A stretch of 64,000 nucleotides of DNA, taken from Candidatus Doudnabacteria bacterium. Lineage in GTDB: Bacteria; Patescibacteriota; Doudnabacteria; UBA920; VMFF01. This document shows, in pieces, positions 54,468 to 63,160 of this stretch. The translations under genes were made by a program, and so were the position numbers. Below the pieces are notes generated by a model, which was given only the letters and a program-made list of their open reading frames with translations, searched no databases and was not told the DNA's origin. The stretch spans positions 87,121 to 151,120 of the forward strand of contig CAWIZL010000004.1 in the NCBI GenBank assembly GCA_963840645.1. The letters are read 5' to 3'. The first letter of the stretch is position 1. Each line of letters opens with the position of its first letter.

Positions 54468-55141
54468 GTGTGCATTATATAGAATGAGTTCACCACGTCG
54501 TTGTGAGGTCTGACCTCCACGATGGCCTTGGTGCGGTGGAGCGCTAGGTCAAACGGCCTGTACAGAATTTCACGGCTACCCCAGCTCGAGCGAGCCAAGA
54601 TGTGCGAGTGTGCCGGCGCAAGTTTCTGAATCTTTGCAATGATGGCGCTCTTTGTACGGCGCTCAAGGCCAGCCAGCGCTGCCACGAAAAACGTGTTGAA
54701 TTTTTTGTAGCCTGTAAAATCTTCTGCCGCTACATTGACAATGCTAACCTGTTTTTGCAAACCCAGAGCGCGGCACAGCTTTGCTGAGAGCACTGCAGCT
54801 TCTTTTTCTTTCTCTACAATCGTGACGTGCTTCCCGTACACCTGTGCCAGAAGAATTGCGGTCAGTGGCAGTGGCCCACCTCCTACAAAAACAACCTTGT
54901 GGTCTCTGTGGCTCGTGCACCCGAGCAAGGACAGCCACTCGAGCTGGGTGAGCTTTACGTAGTTGCCGTGGTACGGGAACTTACGCAGGGCAGCCTTTGG
55001 ATTTTTTGATGCGAGAATTTTAGCAGTCCAAAATTTTTCCAGCTCGTACTCTGCAGCTGAGCACACCTTCTGTAGCTTGAGCATTTCACCACTCGTCAGG
55101 CCTGTTTTTTTCTGGTCACCACTGCGGCTCACCGCGAGCAA
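54464..55141 (-). CDS. nicotianamine-synthase-like (NAS/CntL-like) SAM-dependent aminobutyryl transferase
   Basis: LKLQKVCSAAEYELEKFW...LRKFPYHGNYVKLTQLEWLSL...KVVFVGGGPLPLTAILLA closely follows the NAS family consensus. Confidence 0.55.
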   Translation of the reverse strand: MLAVSRSGDQKKTGLTSGEMLKLQKVCSAAEYELEKFWTAKILASKNPKAALRKFPYHGNYVKLTQLEWLSLLGCTSHRDHKVVFVGGGPLPLTAILLAQVYGKHVTIVEKEKEAAVLSAKLCRALGLQKQVSIVNVAAEDFTGYKKFNTFFVAALAGLERRTKSAIIAKIQKLAPAHSHILARSSWGSREILYRPFDLALHRTKAIVEVRPHNDVVNSFYIMHT

Positions 55142-55260
55142 AACCAGACGCGAAAAAAGGGCGTTGGCCCCCTGCTCGGCGAGAGGTCATCCAGCGCCAA
55201 AATTTTTTTGTACAGCGTCCTGAGGTCTGTCATGGTAGTGATCATAGCAAATATTTTCTT

Positions 55261-55294
55261 AAATAAAAATGAGGGCCGCGGAGCAGGCGGCCCT
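55261..55294 (-). terminator. intrinsic terminator (8-bp stem agggccgc/gcggccct, T-tract on minus)
   Basis: Read directly. Confidence 0.55.
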
Positions 55295-55314
55295 TCAAGA
55301 ACACAGGGAGCGGG

Positions 55315-55704
55315 TCATGGAAACAGTTTCTTGATCTCCTTAACAAGCCCCTCAGACGTAAGCGAACAGGTACATCCATCAATGGCGACCTTCGCCGTCA
55401 TCAAAAATTCACGCGTGAGCTTCCCGCGAGAACCCCCTTCTGCCGTAGCCGTCCGCGTCAAGAACTCAATATCCTCTGCGCAGAGCGGAACGTTCATTTC
55501 TTTGTTGCACTGCTTTTCGGGCAGAACTTCCTGCCTGAGAATCGGCAGTGTGCCGCGCTCTTTGAATTGACGCGCGACTTCGATTACAAGAGACAAACGC
55601 CAAGCAGCCTCGGCGTCTTTCGAATTCCTGCAGCCAGTTGGGAACAAGGTTTCCCAAGTTTCCACTGGCAACCTCAGGTGTAAGGGCTTTGCTTTATTCT
55701 TCAT
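55315..55704 (-). CDS. hypothetical 129-aa Cys-containing protein
   Basis: ORF only. Confidence 0.3.
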   Translation of the reverse strand: MKNKAKPLHLRLPVETWETLFPTGCRNSKDAEAAWRLSLVIEVARQFKERGTLPILRQEVLPEKQCNKEMNVPLCAEDIEFLTRTATAEGGSRGKLTREFLMTAKVAIDGCTCSLTSEGLVKEIKKLFP

Positions 55705-55845
55705 TTTTTAGACGAAGAATAGCCAGAGCACTTTCACACTACCAGAAATCTAGCTCTGTGTCAAACAACAACTTGCAAAAATAAAAAAGCTGCCGCAGAC
55801 AGTAGAAGAATCTCTACCATCTGCGACAGCCGCCGCCGAAGCTGC

Positions 55846-56561
55846 TTAACTTTCAACCCTCCTTCCGCAGAGAAACTTGACCCCAACCAAGCCGAAACCC
55901 GCTACGAGCATGAGCCAGGTTCCCGGCTCGGGCGCCTGGGCATTGATCGTAATGGTATCCTGGGCGACAAGCCCGTCCGGTCCGGGTCGTAGGCTGTCAA
56001 AATCGCCTCGTACGTATCTGTGGCGTTTGGATCAAAGCCTGGCAAAAAACCTTCGAAGCTAAAGTTCTCGGCGTTTTGAAAGCCAAAATCCGTTGCGTTC
56101 TTTGTTCCAATGCCAACGGTTTTGCCGGTTGACCCTTGGTACGAGTCGTCAGGTATTGCCGTTGACGGGTCGAAAATCGGTCCACTGTTCGAGGTGGTTG
56201 TGTCCAGAAACTGCAACGTGTACGAGAAGTTGCCGAGTACCCCTGTCCCACCGCCAGACTGGGTGTTGACTGAAAACGGCACATCCCACAAGGCATCGCC
56301 GCCGGCTGTTCCAGTTGGGGCTATGTAGTTACTGCTGTTGCCTGGGTCGATTGGTCCGACAAAACGAAGGCTTGCCTCGAGACCCAACTGTAAGTTGCCC
56401 TGGGTTACGATGGTGAAGTTCTGGTCAGGGTTGCCGCTGCCGTTATAGAAACCAGGTCCCCCCAGCGAAGAATCAAAGGTTGTCGTTTCGGCCAAAGCAT
56501 ACGTGGCCGAGCAAAAAGTTGCGATCGTGAGTACCGCTACCGTCAAAAAGCGCTTTTTCAT
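55846..56561 (-). CDS. secreted PEP-CTERM sorting-domain protein; frameshift near 55975
   Basis: Signal peptide MKKRFLTVAVLTIATFCSATYALA. Alternate-frame C-terminus ...APEPGTWLMLVAGFGLVGVKFLCGRRVES is a PEP-CTERM anchor. Confidence 0.6.
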
Positions 56562-56599
56562 CTATCCTCCATGGAAACAACAAGAAGCCTAATTAAATG

Positions 56600-57125
56600 A
56601 ACCTCCGACCAGCAAGCTGGTCGGTATCAGCGGTTAGAAATCGAAGATCTTGAGCTGGACGTCCTCGGGCTTGTGCCCCTGGCTCTCGATGTACCGCTCG
56701 ATCGCCTGCTTGCTGCCGCCCTCGCCGACCGTGGCGACGAAGTAGCCCTCGGACCACAGGTGGCCGCCCCACAGCTCGCGCCTCAGGCCTGGGTGGCGGG
56801 CGAACATCTCCCGGGCGGTGATGCTCTTCACCACCTGGATTACGCGCGAGGGCGCGAGCTGCGGCTCGGCCGACAGGAGCCAGTGCACGTGGTTGACGTC
56901 TGCCCCGATCCGCTCGAACCTAATGCCGTACCGCTCCTCGATTTCCCGGCAGATGGCTAGCAGCGTCTGCTCGCGGTCAGCCAGACCGAAGACGCCCCTG
57001 CGGTACTTCACGGGTACGACGAAGTGGTAGTGGATCTGGTAGGCTGCGCTGCTCGTGGTGCTGACCGCTCGCATATGCTGCTAGCATAGCACGCCATGGT
57101 AACCGACCAGCAAGCTGGTCGGAAT
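56600..57125. mobile_element. IS200/IS605-family element (TnpA only) bounded by identical 20-nt perfect palindromes ccgaccagc-aa-gctggtcgg
   Basis: Palindromes at 56605-56624 and 57103-57122. Internal GC about 63% versus about 50% in the flanks. Confidence 0.7.
56634..57074 (-). CDS. tnpA: IS200-type HUH Y1 transposase TnpA
   Basis: YHFVVPVKYRR, NHVHWLL (HuH) and EGYFVATVG (catalytic Tyr) motifs, 146 aa. Confidence 0.85.
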   Translation of the reverse strand: MRAVSTTSSAAYQIHYHFVVPVKYRRGVFGLADREQTLLAICREIEERYGIRFERIGADVNHVHWLLSAEPQLAPSRVIQVVKSITAREMFARHPGLRRELWGGHLWSEGYFVATVGEGGSKQAIERYIESQGHKPEDVQLKIFDF

Positions 57126-57178
57126 AATCAAGTTTAACATTTTATGCAAAGCCTGTCAACGTTCTAATGTATGTGCAA

Positions 57179-57790
57179 TCAAACTTTAGGCTTGAGCACT
57201 TCTCTGAATGCTCTTACCGTGACCACGACGACCACCGTCACAATGGCAATTGCCAAGACCCAGCTAAACCTGCCGACCACGTTGTACACATCCTGCCAGT
57301 TATTGGAGAACACGGTGCCAATGGAAACGTACAAGACAATCTGCAGGATGTCCCCTATTGATGCAAAGAGGGCAAAGCGCTTGAAGTCCAACCTTCCCAA
57401 CCCTGAAATGATGTTAACAAAAAGTGTTGCCTGGTCTTGGAAGCGGCTGGCAATGAGCAGCGGCGCTTCGTACGTTGTCACCGTGTGCTCAACGTCCTGC
57501 AGAATGCGCGACTCTGCAAGCCTGCGCAGACCAACGCGCACGAGGAGTTTTTTCCCGTACCTGCGCATGAGCCAGTACATGGCAATGTCGCCCAGAATGT
57601 TGCCCGCTGCGCCAACCACGATGAGCCAAAAAAAGTTGAGGTAGCCTTGGCTGGCAAACGCAGCAGCTGCGACAGCGCTTGCAGCAGCTGGGAGCGGTAT
57701 TCCCAAGCTCGATAGGAACGATACGATGAACAGGGCAGTGTACCGGTACACCAGTATGAAGCTCAGGATGTGCTGGAGCGTTGTGCTCAT
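57179..57790 (-). CDS. DedA/SNARE-associated family membrane protein
   Basis: GIPLPAA...GNILGDIAMYWLMRRYGKKLL... DedA core. Confidence 0.7.
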   Translation of the reverse strand: MSTTLQHILSFILVYRYTALFIVSFLSSLGIPLPAAASAVAAAAFASQGYLNFFWLIVVGAAGNILGDIAMYWLMRRYGKKLLVRVGLRRLAESRILQDVEHTVTTYEAPLLIASRFQDQATLFVNIISGLGRLDFKRFALFASIGDILQIVLYVSIGTVFSNNWQDVYNVVGRFSWVLAIAIVTVVVVVTVRAFREVLKPKV

Positions 57791-58269
57791 TGCGCCGCGC
57801 CGCTTGGTTGGTACGCTGACACAGCCGCCTTCACAGACTGCACGAACGTTGCAGTGTCAACGCCGTTTGCCGCTGCGTATTCACCCAACGTTTGGTCTTG
57901 GTACATAGAGGGGGCAATCTGTAGCTGTGTCCCCAGGTAGCTTGGTGGCAAATGGAAAACAAAGCCTACGTAGCGAAAGGTCATCCAGGACTGAATTTGG
58001 TCTGCGTCAAATGCTTGCTGTCCGTAGTGCTGAAAGCGGACAGTTCTGTAGAAGCCGTGCACGCCCGAGGCAAACCAGACAAATGTGGCTGCGAGAGCAA
58101 CCACCAGAACAACAATGGTGGCTGCGACCCACTTTGGGATTGGCTGAGTCTCGTTTGCTTCAGGCATGTGAACGGTGGTATCTAAATTTTTGGCTGGGGC
58201 GGTAGGGGTTTCGCGTCGCTCGCGTGCTGGCGAGCTCCTTGTACGGGGTGGCATCGGCTTGCCATTCAA
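57787..58269 (-). CDS. hypothetical single-pass membrane protein with Pro/Arg-rich N-terminus
   Basis: ORF with TM WVAATIVVLVVALAATFVWFA. Confidence 0.35.
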   Translation of the reverse strand: MNGKPMPPRTRSSPARERRETPTAPAKNLDTTVHMPEANETQPIPKWVAATIVVLVVALAATFVWFASGVHGFYRTVRFQHYGQQAFDADQIQSWMTFRYVGFVFHLPPSYLGTQLQIAPSMYQDQTLGEYAAANGVDTATFVQSVKAAVSAYQPSGAAQ

Positions 58270-58398
58270 GGCAAGCCTCTGACGTTCGGCGTCAGGGTTT
58301 GCTGCAGCAAATCCCTTGCCTCACTGCCACCCGTTCGACCTCAACACGCCACCAAGCGCTCACCACCCTGCTCGCTCTGCTCGAGGGTGGCACGCGCT

Positions 58399-58473
58399 TG
58401 GCTGGGGCGGTAGGGGTCGAACCTACGAATGTGGGATTCAGAGTCCCATGCCTTACCACTTGGCTACGCCCCA
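58399..58473 (-). tRNA. tRNA-Gln (CUG)
   Basis: TGGGGCG-TA-GCC-AAGTGGTAA-GGC-A-TGGGA-CTCTGAA-TCCCA-CATTC-GTAGG-TTCGACC-CCTAC-CGCCCCA-G-CCA. Close to E. coli tRNA-Gln. Confidence 0.85.
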
Positions 58474-58578
58474 AAGCTATAGCATTTTACCAGAAACAAT
58501 TTTATTTGACAAATACGCCTGCTGCAATATACTTATACAAGAATACTGTTTGGCGCTCGCAGAAACTAAAAAACATCT

Positions 58579-58854
58579 ATGGAACTTCAGAGCACGTACT
58601 ACGTGGTGGCAATCATCGCCTTGAGCTTGATAGCAATCCTGCTGCTGTTCTTAATCACCATGGCAACGGTGATCTTGGCGCAGATCAAGCGCATGATGAA
58701 CAAGGCCGAGCGGCTCGGCGACGACGTGCACGCCATTGTGCAGAATGTGCGTGGGTACAGCGAGAACTTGGGCACGAGCATTGTGGGTAAAATCTTCACC
58801 GCTATCGTGAAGGCAACCCGCAACAGGCACTCGCACGATGAAGATGACGAATGA
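58579..58854 (+). CDS. DUF948-like membrane-anchored coiled-coil protein
   Basis: N-terminal TM plus ...QIKRMMNKAERLGDDVHAIVQNV... Confidence 0.5.
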   Translation: MELQSTYYVVAIIALSLIAILLLFLITMATVILAQIKRMMNKAERLGDDVHAIVQNVRGYSENLGTSIVGKIFTAIVKATRNRHSHDEDDE

Positions 58855-58873
58855 TAATTAACCTGCTAAAAGT

Positions 58874-59221
58874 ATGGAGAAAAAGAACATGAAAAAAACT
58901 AGCTCGGGTAAAGGTGGCGTACTCATTGGCGCTGGAATACTCGGATTCATCATTGGCGCAATGGTTGGCGTGTTTGGTGCACCAAAGTCTGGCGAAAAAA
59001 ACCGCAAAGAGTTCATAGACTGGATGCAGAAAATGTCAGCAGACCTCAACGACAAAGTTGCGGATGCGAACGAGATGACGCAGGACAAGTACAACGACAT
59101 GGTTGACATGGTCACTGACAAGTACCGCAAGGTGAAGAAGATCAAGGAGACAGACCTTGAAGACTTTGCAGACGAGCTCAAGGCTCACTGGAAAAAGGTC
59201 AAGAAGGACTGGCAGGCTTAG
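58874..59221 (+). CDS. YtxH-domain protein
   Basis: GKGGVLIGAGILGFIIGAMVGVFGAPKSGEKNRKE. Confidence 0.6.
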   Translation: MEKKNMKKTSSGKGGVLIGAGILGFIIGAMVGVFGAPKSGEKNRKEFIDWMQKMSADLNDKVADANEMTQDKYNDMVDMVTDKYRKVKKIKETDLEDFADELKAHWKKVKKDWQA

Positions 59222-59232
59222 TCCCACAAAAA

Positions 59233-59421
59233 ATGTTCAGAGCTCTACGTTGGCTGCTATACCTTCTGATCATAGGTGCGATTGTGTTCCTGTACTGGTT
59301 CTTGCCAAAGTACAGCTTCATTAAGGCAAACCCGACGTTCTGCACTAAGCTAACGGCTAACATTTGGTACTGCGGCTCTGGCTCTGACTTAAGCAAGGTG
59401 TACCCTACGCAGAGTAACTAG
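59233..59421 (+). CDS. 62-aa small membrane protein
   Basis: ORF with one TM (WLLYLLIIGAIVFLYWF). Confidence 0.35.
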   Translation: MFRALRWLLYLLIIGAIVFLYWFLPKYSFIKANPTFCTKLTANIWYCGSGSDLSKVYPTQSN

Positions 59422-59429
59422 GGACCGAC

Positions 59430-59516
59430 AAAAAGAGCACCCCCTCGCGGCTCGTTTCTTGGCTTTCGCTACGCGAAAGAAATGAAACTCGAAGCTCGTG
59501 GAGTGCTCTTTTTTGT
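59430..59516. terminator. long imperfect hairpin; bidirectional terminator between convergent genes
   Basis: aaaagagcac...gtgctctttttt with an inner hairpin. Confidence 0.55.
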
Positions 59517-59525
59517 TTGTTTACT

Positions 59526-59690
59526 TCACTCTTTTGCGAAGGTTGCGTAGAGACCCCAGAAGCCCAGAATCAAATCTATCAGGAGCAGGTACACTGGCAC
59601 ATGGAACTGGTCGTAGAATGCAAAGCCAATGATGCCGAGTACCATGAGGAGCGTTGCCGAAACTACTGTGTACGTCTTGAATGATTTCAT
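59526..59690 (-). CDS. 54-aa small membrane protein (not in the ORF track)
   Basis: MKSFKTYTVVSATLLMVLGIIGFAFYDQFHVPVYLLLIDLILGFWGLYATFAKE, 10 nt downstream of the ppa stop. Confidence 0.35.
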   Translation of the reverse strand: MKSFKTYTVVSATLLMVLGIIGFAFYDQFHVPVYLLLIDLILGFWGLYATFAKE

Positions 59691-59700
59691 TGGTGAGAAG

Positions 59701-60213
59701 CTACTCTTTCTTGTACGCTGCCTGTCCTCGGCCCATTGAAGCTAGGGCATCTTCTTTTGTGCCAAAGCCTTTGATCTCTACCACTTTGCCATTGAGTGCC
59801 TTGTACGTTTCAAAAAAATTCTTCCACTCTTTGAGCACGTGTGCCGGAAGGTCATCCAAACTCAAAATGTCTCCAAAGCGAGGATCTTTTATTGGCACTG
59901 CAATTACCTTGTCGTCAACTTCGCCACTGTCAACCATTTCCATGAAACCAATTGCACGGGCAACGACAACTGCGCCGACTGTAATTGGATTTGTGCTCAG
60001 CAGCAGTACGTCTGTGTGGTCGCCATCTTCTGCGCGCGTCTCTGGTATGAAACCGTAGTTCGCTGGGTAGCGCTGTGCGCCGTACAGCACGCGATCGAGC
60101 TTGATGACGTCATCGTGCTCATCGTACTCGTACTTGTCCTGCGAACCAGCTGAAATTTCTACGACAACGTTGAACGCGTCCTGCTCGCCAAATGGTACGT
60201 CTTTGAGTGACAT
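59701..60213 (-). CDS. ppa: inorganic pyrophosphatase (family I)
   Basis: ...YPANYGFIPETRAEDGDHTDVLLL...DDKVIAV... Confidence 0.85.
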   Translation of the reverse strand: MSLKDVPFGEQDAFNVVVEISAGSQDKYEYDEHDDVIKLDRVLYGAQRYPANYGFIPETRAEDGDHTDVLLLSTNPITVGAVVVARAIGFMEMVDSGEVDDKVIAVPIKDPRFGDILSLDDLPAHVLKEWKNFFETYKALNGKVVEIKGFGTKEDALASMGRGQAAYKKE

Positions 60214-60238
60214 TGGGTATCTGTTAATGCTTGAACCA

Positions 60239-61328
60239 TTATACAATGGTGCCGCCGCCCAGGCAAACTACGCCTTTGGGCGTACGTTTGTAGAGCACGA
60301 GGCTCTGGCCTGGCGCTGGCGCACGTTGCTGTTCTTTGAAGGCAACGCGCAGTGCACCTGCCCTGCTGGCATCTTCTTCAACTGAAGCACCCTGCAGCTC
60401 TTGCTGGTGGCGGAAGCGCGCCTCGCACGTGAACGGAAACTTTTTCGGCCCTGTAATCCAGTTCACGTTCTCTACTGTCACCTTCGCTGACATGATGGCA
60501 GCGTCACGTGTGTCCTTTGAAACGACGAGCGTGTTTGTATCCAAATTTTTACCCACAACGTAGTACGGACCTGTGCCGCCAATGTTGAGGCCGTCGCGCT
60601 GGCCGAGCGTGTACGAGTGCACGCCGGCGTGCTGGCCAAGAACTGTGCCGTCTGGGCCTACGATTGCCCCAACTTTTGCTGGCACGCGCTGCGCCAAGAA
60701 CTGTGCGAGCCTCACGTTGCCGACAAAGCAGATGCCCATGCTCTCCTTGCGATCTGCATTTGGCAGGTTGAACTCTTTCGCGAGCTTGCGTACCTCTTGC
60801 TTTGTGTACTGCCCGACTGGAAACATCAAGTGGTCGAGCTGATCCTTACGTAGGTTGTAGATGAAGTACGTTTGGTCTTTGAATGAATCCTTAGACTGGA
60901 CGAGCTTCCCGGCTCTTGATTTGGGCGTAGTGGCCTGTTGCTAAAAAATCAAAGCCTCGTGACACTGCCTCGTCGTACAGCAGCTTGAACTTTATCTCCT
61001 TGTTGCACGCGACGTCTGGGTTTGGCGTGCGGCCAGCTGCGTACTCTGCAAAGAAGTGCCCCATGACGAGCGACGAGAACTGCTCTTCAAAATCAAACGT
61101 GTGGAGCGGGATGCCCAGGTGTGCCGCGACTTTGAGCGCTTCGCGACGATCATCGAGCCACGGGCACTCTGACTTCACGAGGCCAGCCGTTGAGCTCCAG
61201 TTCTTCATGAATGCAGCCTCAACCTCGTAGCCTGCACGCACCAAAAGAGCAGCGCTGACTGCTGAGTCAACGCCACCCGAGAGAGCAACGAGAACCTTTG
61301 TAGGACTAGAAGCTAAAGTCTTCGCCAT
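60239..61328 (-). CDS. mnmA: tRNA-specific 2-thiouridylase MnmA; frameshift near 60830-60890
   Basis: VLVALSGGVDSAVSAALL PP-loop in ORF 60891..61643. C-terminal domain in ORF 60239..60829. Confidence 0.8.
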
Positions 61329-63159
61329 TGCCGCTGCCGTTACCTGAACTGTCTCCTGAAATTTTCTGAGACTCCCCTGGCCTGAGAACTGTACGCTGCT
61401 GCGGTGCCTGCTGTGGCGACTTTGACTCCTGCTCCGGAAAATATTTCTCTTCAATTTCACTGTCACTTGGCTGGGGCTGCTTTGCCCGCTGCTGGTTGAT
61501 CTGCGCGACCTGGTCCCAGATTGGATTCGCGTTTGGCTTTTTAACCTGGGGTGCGTTCCTGTGCTGGACCTGTGCTGGACGCTGTGGCTGGCGCTGCATC
61601 GGAGACCTTGGGACAAAAGGCTTTGCAGCCACAGCCTGGGCATACGCTCTAGCGGGAACCTCGCGCACCATCGTAGGTGCTGGAGCTGGTGCGCGCGGTA
61701 CGGGCGCGCGCTGAACTACCGGTGCTGCCACTGGCTGCACTGGCTCAGCTCGCTCAACCAAAGGCACTGGTGCTGCTGTCTTAGCATCGCCGTCCTCATC
61801 GTCATCGTCCTCACGACCCTCGAACTTTGCGTGCGATGCAATGGCAGCGGCGTTCTCGCGCACGTCTTCGCCGCCCATCCACCGCGTAATTTTTTCCTCA
61901 ACCTCTGCAACTGGGTTTGCGTAGCGCTCGCGCGACACGCGGATAACCTTGTCTGCGTTGCCGGTGCGCTCGTACGTGCCCGGTGGCAAGGTCACCGCAG
62001 TGAACGGGTCTGATGCCACGCCGTTTATCATGAGCCGCAGCACAACAGTTGCACGCGGCAAATTCACCAAGTCGTTCTGCATGAACGTTGGCTCAAACTC
62101 TTTCTCTAGAAACTCGGCATCAGCTGCACCGACGCGGAATGATATAATGGTGCCCACGTTGCCGAACACGGCATCGCGCACCTTCGTGTTGTTCTTCTCG
62201 CTGATGAGCTGGCCAATGTACTGGTGGCCAATGGTCAGGTTCAGGTGGTACTTGCGCGCCTCAGACAGGATGGTGGCAAACGACTCTGTGGCAAAGTTCT
62301 GGAACTCGTCAACGTACAGGTAGAAGTCTTCGCGCTCATTTTCCTCAATGTCAACGCGCGAGAGTGCCGCGAGCTGCAGCTTGGTAATGATCATGGCGCC
62401 GAGGAGCGCAGAGTTGTCTTCACCCACGCGACCCTTCGAGAGGTTCATTAAAATAATTTTCTTGGTGTCCATTGCCTCGCGCAAATCGAGCGTGCTCTTT
62501 GGCTGGCCCATGATGTTGCGCGTGATGCCAGACGACAGGAACTGGCCAACCTTGTTCTGTATCGGCGCAATGGATTCCATGCGGTACTTCTCTGGCCAGT
62601 TGGCAAACTCATCCATCCAGAACGTGCGCACCATTGGGTCTTTCACGTTGTCCACAATTTTCTTGCGGTACTTCTTGTCCACCAGCAAACGCGCAATGCC
62701 GAGGAGCGTGTTGCCCGGCGAATCGAGCAGCGCCAAGATGCTGTTGTTCAGAATGTACTCCATGCGCGCTGACCACAGGTTTGCCCATATCTTGGTGAAC
62801 ACGCCCATGAGGCCAGAGGCAACGAGGTGCTTGTACTTTGAGTCAACAGACTCCAAAATGTTGAACGCGATTGGAAAGTCTACGTCAGCAGGGTTGATGT
62901 AGATGACGTCGTTGACGCGGCTGCTCGGAATGAAGTCGAGAATTTTCTCCACAGAGTCGCCGTGCGGGTCAACGAACGCCACGCCCTTGCCGTTGACGAT
63001 ATCTTGGATGATCATGTTCTCCATGAGCGTTGTCTTGCCCATGCCAGTCTTCCCGATGATGTACGTGTGGCGACGGCGGTCGTCTGTGCGTATGCCAAAA
63101 GGAACGTCGCGGTTGCGGAAGTTCGTCTTGGCGAGAATTGTGATTTCGTTGTTGTCCAT
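61306..63159 (-). CDS. VirD4/TraG/TraD-like type IV coupling protein ATPase with Pro/Gln-rich disordered C-terminal tail
   Basis: IIGKTGMGKTTLM Walker A, FVDPHGD, YLYVDEFQNF (Walker B), LTIGHQYIGQL (TraG-D_C-like). Confidence 0.5.
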   Translation of the reverse strand: MDNNEITILAKTNFRNRDVPFGIRTDDRRRHTYIIGKTGMGKTTLMENMIIQDIVNGKGVAFVDPHGDSVEKILDFIPSSRVNDVIYINPADVDFPIAFNILESVDSKYKHLVASGLMGVFTKIWANLWSARMEYILNNSILALLDSPGNTLLGIARLLVDKKYRKKIVDNVKDPMVRTFWMDEFANWPEKYRMESIAPIQNKVGQFLSSGITRNIMGQPKSTLDLREAMDTKKIILMNLSKGRVGEDNSALLGAMIITKLQLAALSRVDIEENEREDFYLYVDEFQNFATESFATILSEARKYHLNLTIGHQYIGQLISEKNNTKVRDAVFGNVGTIISFRVGAADAEFLEKEFEPTFMQNDLVNLPRATVVLRLMINGVASDPFTAVTLPPGTYERTGNADKVIRVSRERYANPVAEVEEKITRWMGGEDVRENAAAIASHAKFEGREDDDDEDGDAKTAAPVPLVERAEPVQPVAAPVVQRAPVPRAPAPAPTMVREVPARAYAQAVAAKPFVPRSPMQRQPQRPAQVQHRNAPQVKKPNANPIWDQVAQINQQRAKQPQPSDSEIEEKYFPEQESKSPQQAPQQRTVLRPGESQKISGDSSGNGSGNGEDFSF

Positions 63160-63160
63160 G

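Noticed and set aside
58292-58474. 60-aa minus-strand ORF
   Set aside because: It overlaps tRNA-Gln completely. It is spurious.
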